Of a stretch of 48,974 nt of DNA, positions 45,023 to 48,974 are shown one piece after another (within the stretch, counting starts at the first letter, position 1; each line of letters starts with the position of its first letter). Both the position numbers and the translations under genes were made by a program. Source of the DNA: Sediminibacterium sp. (GTDB lineage: Bacteria; Bacteroidota; Bacteroidia; Chitinophagales; Chitinophagaceae); NCBI GenBank assembly GCA_046593815.1, contig JBKJQV010000347.1:1-48974 (forward strand), given 5' to 3'. The notes beneath the pieces were generated by a model, which saw only the letters and a program-made list of their open reading frames with translations, was not told the origin of the DNA and did not search any database.

Positions 45023-46651
45023 GTGCCTTCATTAAGAGAAAGAATAAAAATATTAGAAAGAAAATGTTGCTGTAAAGCAAACATTACATTTGACGAAATT
45101 AATTTGACAAATGATTTTCCTTTGAATCCAAAAGAAGGAGATATCTATATTAATACGACAACAGGTACTTATATATATACTGGCACTACTAATGACTGGG
45201 TATTATCTTCAGCTCAAAACTCTTCTCAAGAAGTAGCTTTTTCAACTACTGTACCTTTTGATAATTTGTATTCATATGCTCCTATAGAATTTATAAACTC
45301 AAATATTATTTTTACACCTAATCTTGTGGGGTCTATTCCTGGGGCAGTAACTGTCTATAGAGTATTAGCAGATGGAGTATCTACTGTAACTTTTTCTAGT
45401 ATTACCGAAGTTAATGGATCCCAAGGATATGATAATACTTTAAATATTGTAAATTATTTTGCCTTTTTCTTTGATGGATATAGTTATTTTGTAAATATAT
45501 ATCAAGATCTAAATGCTGTCCCTGTAGATTTAGTTCCACCAGTAATTCAAAGTGCTGAAGTACCTAATGTACTTAGAAATAGAATTATTTTAACATATAA
45601 TGATACTTTAAGTTTAGCTTCTCCTCCTATAGCTTCTAACTTTACTGTTAGTGGTGGTAAAACCATTACTGCAGTAACAATTAGTGGAATGGAAGTATGG
45701 ATTGACGTAAATACTGTTTATGCTTTTGGGAATGTTATTACAGTTTCATATACTGCTTCTGGAACTTCAATAAAAGATGTTCCATTAAATAATGCAGCTA
45801 ATTTAGTAAATTATAGTGTTACCAATAATATCGCAGCTCCAGATATTGTTGCTCCAGTATTATTAACAGCAACGGTAGAAAATGCAAATCTAAATAAGAT
45901 TGTATTAACATATGATGAAGATCTTAGTTTATTGGTTATCCCAGCAGTAGGAGATTATGCAGGAAGTGGTGGCAGAGCTGTAACTAATGTGGCAATAGCT
46001 TTAGGTGTAGTCACATTAACTGTTAATACACCATATGCATATGGTGATGTAATTACTATATCATATACGGCAGGAGTTAATAAATTACAAGATCCTAGTG
46101 GAAACTTTGCTGCGAACTTAGTTGCACAAAGTGTAACAAATAATATAAATTCACCAGCTACTATTGTTGCATGGGGAAATTTAGTAACAACTACTGATTC
46201 AGGAGGTTATTTAAATTATGGAGGAAGTTTACCTTCTGGTGGTAGAGGAACGGTTGCTATTGATACTACTGTTCCTTTTGAAGTGTATGCAGAATTTACA
46301 TCTTTATGTCCAGCCACTGTTTTATTTTTAGATAAAGACGCTGCTAATGGTTACGTTTGGGGTGGAGGACAGGTATTTGAAGCAGGAACATATCATGTAA
46401 GTGGACTTCATTATTGGGCAGTAGATGGAGGTACGGCAAATAGTTTAGGAGCATTTACTCCTCCAAAATGGGTTAAACTTAGAAAATCAGGAGCAAATGA
46501 TATTATTTTAAGCACTTGTGCTACTGAATTTGGAAGTTATGTAGATGCTCATACTTATTCAGGAGTAATTACTACTTCTACTTTATATATACATGTTTTA
46601 TTTGCAGCCAATACTGCAGGAGATAAGATTCAAGTAAAATATGTAAATTAA
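45023..46651 (+). CDS. Fibre/adhesin with two SwmB-like Ig repeats
   Basis: Duplicated D...P....A.V.N...N.I.LTY...LS......ITVSYT......D...N.AANLV..SVTNNI. Confidence 0.75.
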   Translation: MPSLRERIKILERKCCCKANITFDEINLTNDFPLNPKEGDIYINTTTGTYIYTGTTNDWVLSSAQNSSQEVAFSTTVPFDNLYSYAPIEFINSNIIFTPNLVGSIPGAVTVYRVLADGVSTVTFSSITEVNGSQGYDNTLNIVNYFAFFFDGYSYFVNIYQDLNAVPVDLVPPVIQSAEVPNVLRNRIILTYNDTLSLASPPIASNFTVSGGKTITAVTISGMEVWIDVNTVYAFGNVITVSYTASGTSIKDVPLNNAANLVNYSVTNNIAAPDIVAPVLLTATVENANLNKIVLTYDEDLSLLVIPAVGDYAGSGGRAVTNVAIALGVVTLTVNTPYAYGDVITISYTAGVNKLQDPSGNFAANLVAQSVTNNINSPATIVAWGNLVTTTDSGGYLNYGGSLPSGGRGTVAIDTTVPFEVYAEFTSLCPATVLFLDKDAANGYVWGGGQVFEAGTYHVSGLHYWAVDGGTANSLGAFTPPKWVKLRKSGANDIILSTCATEFGSYVDAHTYSGVITTSTLYIHVLFAANTAGDKIQVKYVN

Positions 46652-47403
46652 TGAATCTATTTTTAGCTAGTTTAAGTCGCAAATCTAATAAACCTGTATT
46701 AGTGATTATCAATGGAGAATCAAACTCTGGGGGATATGCTCTGAATTCTGAAGCATTAGCTGCTGAAATATTACCAAGAAGTTCTGTATTAATTTTAGAC
46801 AATACAGGATTAGCCTCATTTGATATATTAGATATAGGGACTAATAATTTAGTAGGACATGCAGGATTACCTAATGGTCCTACTCATGGATTTGAATTAG
46901 AATTAGCTAATAGAGCAGATGTAAATTCATTTTATAATCAACCAGTATATTTAATTAAAACTGGCCAAGGAGGATCTTCTATTGCTCAATGGAATTTAGG
47001 AGGGGGATATTTTACTACTTTTCAGGCAAGAATTAATGCAGCTAAGGCTCTTATAGATTTTGCTGATTATAACATAGTTATATTATTTTCTTTAGGTATT
47101 AATGATGCAATTAGTGGGACCAATACAGTAACATGGAAAGCAGCAGTACAAGCTCATTTTGTAAATTTAAGGGCTGAAGTTGGAGCAAATACTCCAATTA
47201 TTATGACTGAATTTCAAGGAATGGGATCTGGTGGAACGCAATACTCTTCTTATAATACTGTTATTCAAGCTATTGCTTCTGAAGATCCTAATGTATATTC
47301 TATTGATGTAACTGGCGCAGGATTACGAGATGTTAATCATTGGAATTATACAGGAATGAAGATTGTTGCAGGAAGATTACTAGATGTTTTCGAAAACTTA
47401 TAA
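46651..47403 (+). CDS. SGNH-family carbohydrate acetylesterase (SASA/CE6-like)
   Basis: GESNS nucleophile block, G..GSSI..W, GINDA and catalytic DVNH. Confidence 0.85.
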   Translation: MNLFLASLSRKSNKPVLVIINGESNSGGYALNSEALAAEILPRSSVLILDNTGLASFDILDIGTNNLVGHAGLPNGPTHGFELELANRADVNSFYNQPVYLIKTGQGGSSIAQWNLGGGYFTTFQARINAAKALIDFADYNIVILFSLGINDAISGTNTVTWKAAVQAHFVNLRAEVGANTPIIMTEFQGMGSGGTQYSSYNTVIQAIASEDPNVYSIDVTGAGLRDVNHWNYTGMKIVAGRLLDVFENL

Positions 47404-47413
47404 ATAAAATAAA

Positions 47414-47794
47414 ATGAGTTGGACCCCAGATGAATTTAAAGCTTTTAAGCTTTTGTCAGATAAAGTAAGAGTAATTGAAGATCAAATAAAATTATTGCTA
47501 GTCAATTTAAAAAATTGTTCTTGTGATTGTAAGATTCAGCCATATCGTAATAGCTTAGATGCTTTCTATTATATAAAAAATGAAGCAGGAGTGTCAGAGC
47601 CTTTACCATTATCGTCTTTGTTTTTAAATGATAAATTTCCTGGTGATAATATATGCATAGGAGAAAAAGGAGAATTATATATGTATGATGCGGTAATTCA
47701 TACGCATTATGTCAGTATTTATAACTCTGAAGATGAAAATTCAGGCTGGCAAATTGAGTTTGTATCATGTGGGGGAACGATTCCTTGTGCTTAA
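47414..47794 (+). CDS. Hypothetical protein
   Basis: 126-aa ORF with CSCDC. Confidence 0.7.
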   Translation: MSWTPDEFKAFKLLSDKVRVIEDQIKLLLVNLKNCSCDCKIQPYRNSLDAFYYIKNEAGVSEPLPLSSLFLNDKFPGDNICIGEKGELYMYDAVIHTHYVSIYNSEDENSGWQIEFVSCGGTIPCA

Positions 47795-47813
47795 ATAATA
47801 TTATCGTTGTGTC

Positions 47814-48974
47814 ATGGCTCATGTTTTATACAGATTACTTAGAAGTGGCGAAGAATCCGCTTTCAAAAACACTCTATTTAGAAGTAGAGAGCTGTGCTGT
47901 ATATTAGAAAAAAAGGCTGATCTTGTAGACGGCAAAGTTCCTTTAGACCAACTCCCCTCTGGGTTAGGCTTAGTTAATTTTTACGATAATTATAATGATC
48001 TTAATGCGGCATTGCCTCAACCTCAACCTGTAGATTCAATAGCAGGGGTAAGAAATTCACAAGGAACAAAATGGCTTCCTGGAAATTTAGGAGGAACATG
48101 GTATCCTAAAGGATTTTATATAAGTACTGGTACTGATTGGGTATGGGCAGGAGAATGGGCTAATCAAGCATTACAAATAACCGTAGATGCTGGAACTAAC
48201 TTCGATGAGTTTGTCACTCCTCTTACCTTTAACAATGCTGCTAAGTGGGATACCAAACATAATTCTATAAATTTTTTAGACGAAGGAGTAGCATTAGGTA
48301 CACCTGGAACAGTAGATTCTATTGACTTTGTAGGACCTGATGTTGTTGCGACAAGAATAGGCAATGCATTAACTGTAACTATTACAGGAGGAGGGGGAGG
48401 CGTGGGTGCTACTGGATATACTGGATATACTGGATATACTGGATATACTGGATATAGTGGTCCATCTGGCGCTATTGGGGCAACTGGTTATACAGGTTAT
48501 ACAGGATATACTGGAGCTGGAAACTTTACTGGTTACACTGGTTATACTGGATATACTGGATATAGTGGTCCATCTGGTGCAATTGGGGCAACTGGATATA
48601 CTGGATATACTGGATATACTGGTTACACAGGAGCTGGTAATTTTACTGGATATACTGGTTATACTGGATATACTGGATATAGTGGACCATCGGGAGCGAT
48701 TGGAGCTACTGGTTATACTGGATATACTGGTTACACAGGTTACACAGGAGCTGGTAATTTTACTGGTTATACTGGATACACTGGTTATAGTGGACCATCG
48801 GGAGCGATTGGAGCAACTGGTTATACTGGTTACACTGGTTACACAGGTTACACAGGTGCTGGTAATTTTACTGGTTATACTGGTTATACTGGATACACTG
48901 GTTATAGTGGACCATCGGGAGCGATTGGAGCTACTGGTTATACTGGATATACTGGTTATACAGGTTACACAGGA
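47814..48974 (+). CDS. Collagen-like tail fibre (3'-truncated; not in the ORF track)
   Basis: Open from ATG 47814 to the window end; [15 protein letters not shown] fibre motif, then Gly-X-Y repeats from ~48405. Confidence 0.88.
   Translation, partial: MAHVLYRLLRSGEESAFKNTLFRSRELCCILEKKADLVDGKVPLDQLPSGLGLVNFYDNYNDLNAALPQPQPVDSIAGVRNSQGTKWLPGNLGGTWYPKGFYISTGTDWVWAGEWANQALQITVDAGTNFDEFVTPLTFNNAAKWDTKHNSINFLDEGVALGTPGTVDSIDFVGPDVVATRIGNALTVTITGGGGGVGATGYTGYTGYTGYTGYSGPSGAIGATGYTGYTGYTGAGNFTGYTGYTGYTGYSGPSGAIGATGYTGYTGYTGYTGAGNFTGYTGYTGYTGYSGPSGAIGATGYTGYTGYTGYTGAGNFTGYTGYTGYSGPSGAIGATGYTGYTGYTGYTGAGNFTGYTGYTGYTGYSGPSGAIGATGYTGYTGYTGYTG
48405..48974 (+). repeat. Nested tandem repeat: 9-bp ACTGGWTAY units within ~110-bp higher-order units
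   Basis: Encodes (GYT)[13 protein letters not shown](GYT)n-GAGNFT about five times. Confidence 0.95.

Noticed and set aside
1-48974. Stop-codon reassignment as in some crAss-like phages
   Set aside because: Long genes are intact under the standard code, TAG and TGA end genes at sensible positions (for example 3340, 27643, 44261), and I saw no suppressor tRNA.
41567-48974. Diversity-generating retroelement targeting fibre genes
   Set aside because: No reverse transcriptase, and I found no template/variable repeat pair differing only at adenines in this window.

Overview
About 49 kb of an AT-rich phage genome, most likely crAss-like (Crassvirales) and infecting a Bacteroidota host: host-type TAnnTTTG promoters occur throughout, and the right half has the crAss-type order TerL, portal, scaffold, major capsid, ring/auxiliary proteins and tail/fibre genes. 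Bases 1-7.1 kb hold an accessory region organised as an integron-like cassette array: six attC-like hairpins separate small genes, including two of the three DNA methyltransferases, and no integrase is present in the window. The C5-cytosine methyltransferase contains a ~740-nt insertion that stays open in the host frame while encoding a GIY-YIG endonuclease, with its own promoter, in the +1 frame. A minus-strand block at 10.1-15.6 kb (RadC/JAB, DUF3560-like and others) is flanked by repeat-rich non-coding segments. A compact tmRNA at 18379-18678 has an unusually long tag frame ending in ALAA. The virion module is strikingly Cys-rich (including a 1536-aa protein) and ends with SwmB-like repeats, an SGNH acetylesterase and a Gly-Tyr-Thr collagen-like fibre truncated by the window end. 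All family assignments are from motif recognition by eye, with no database searches.
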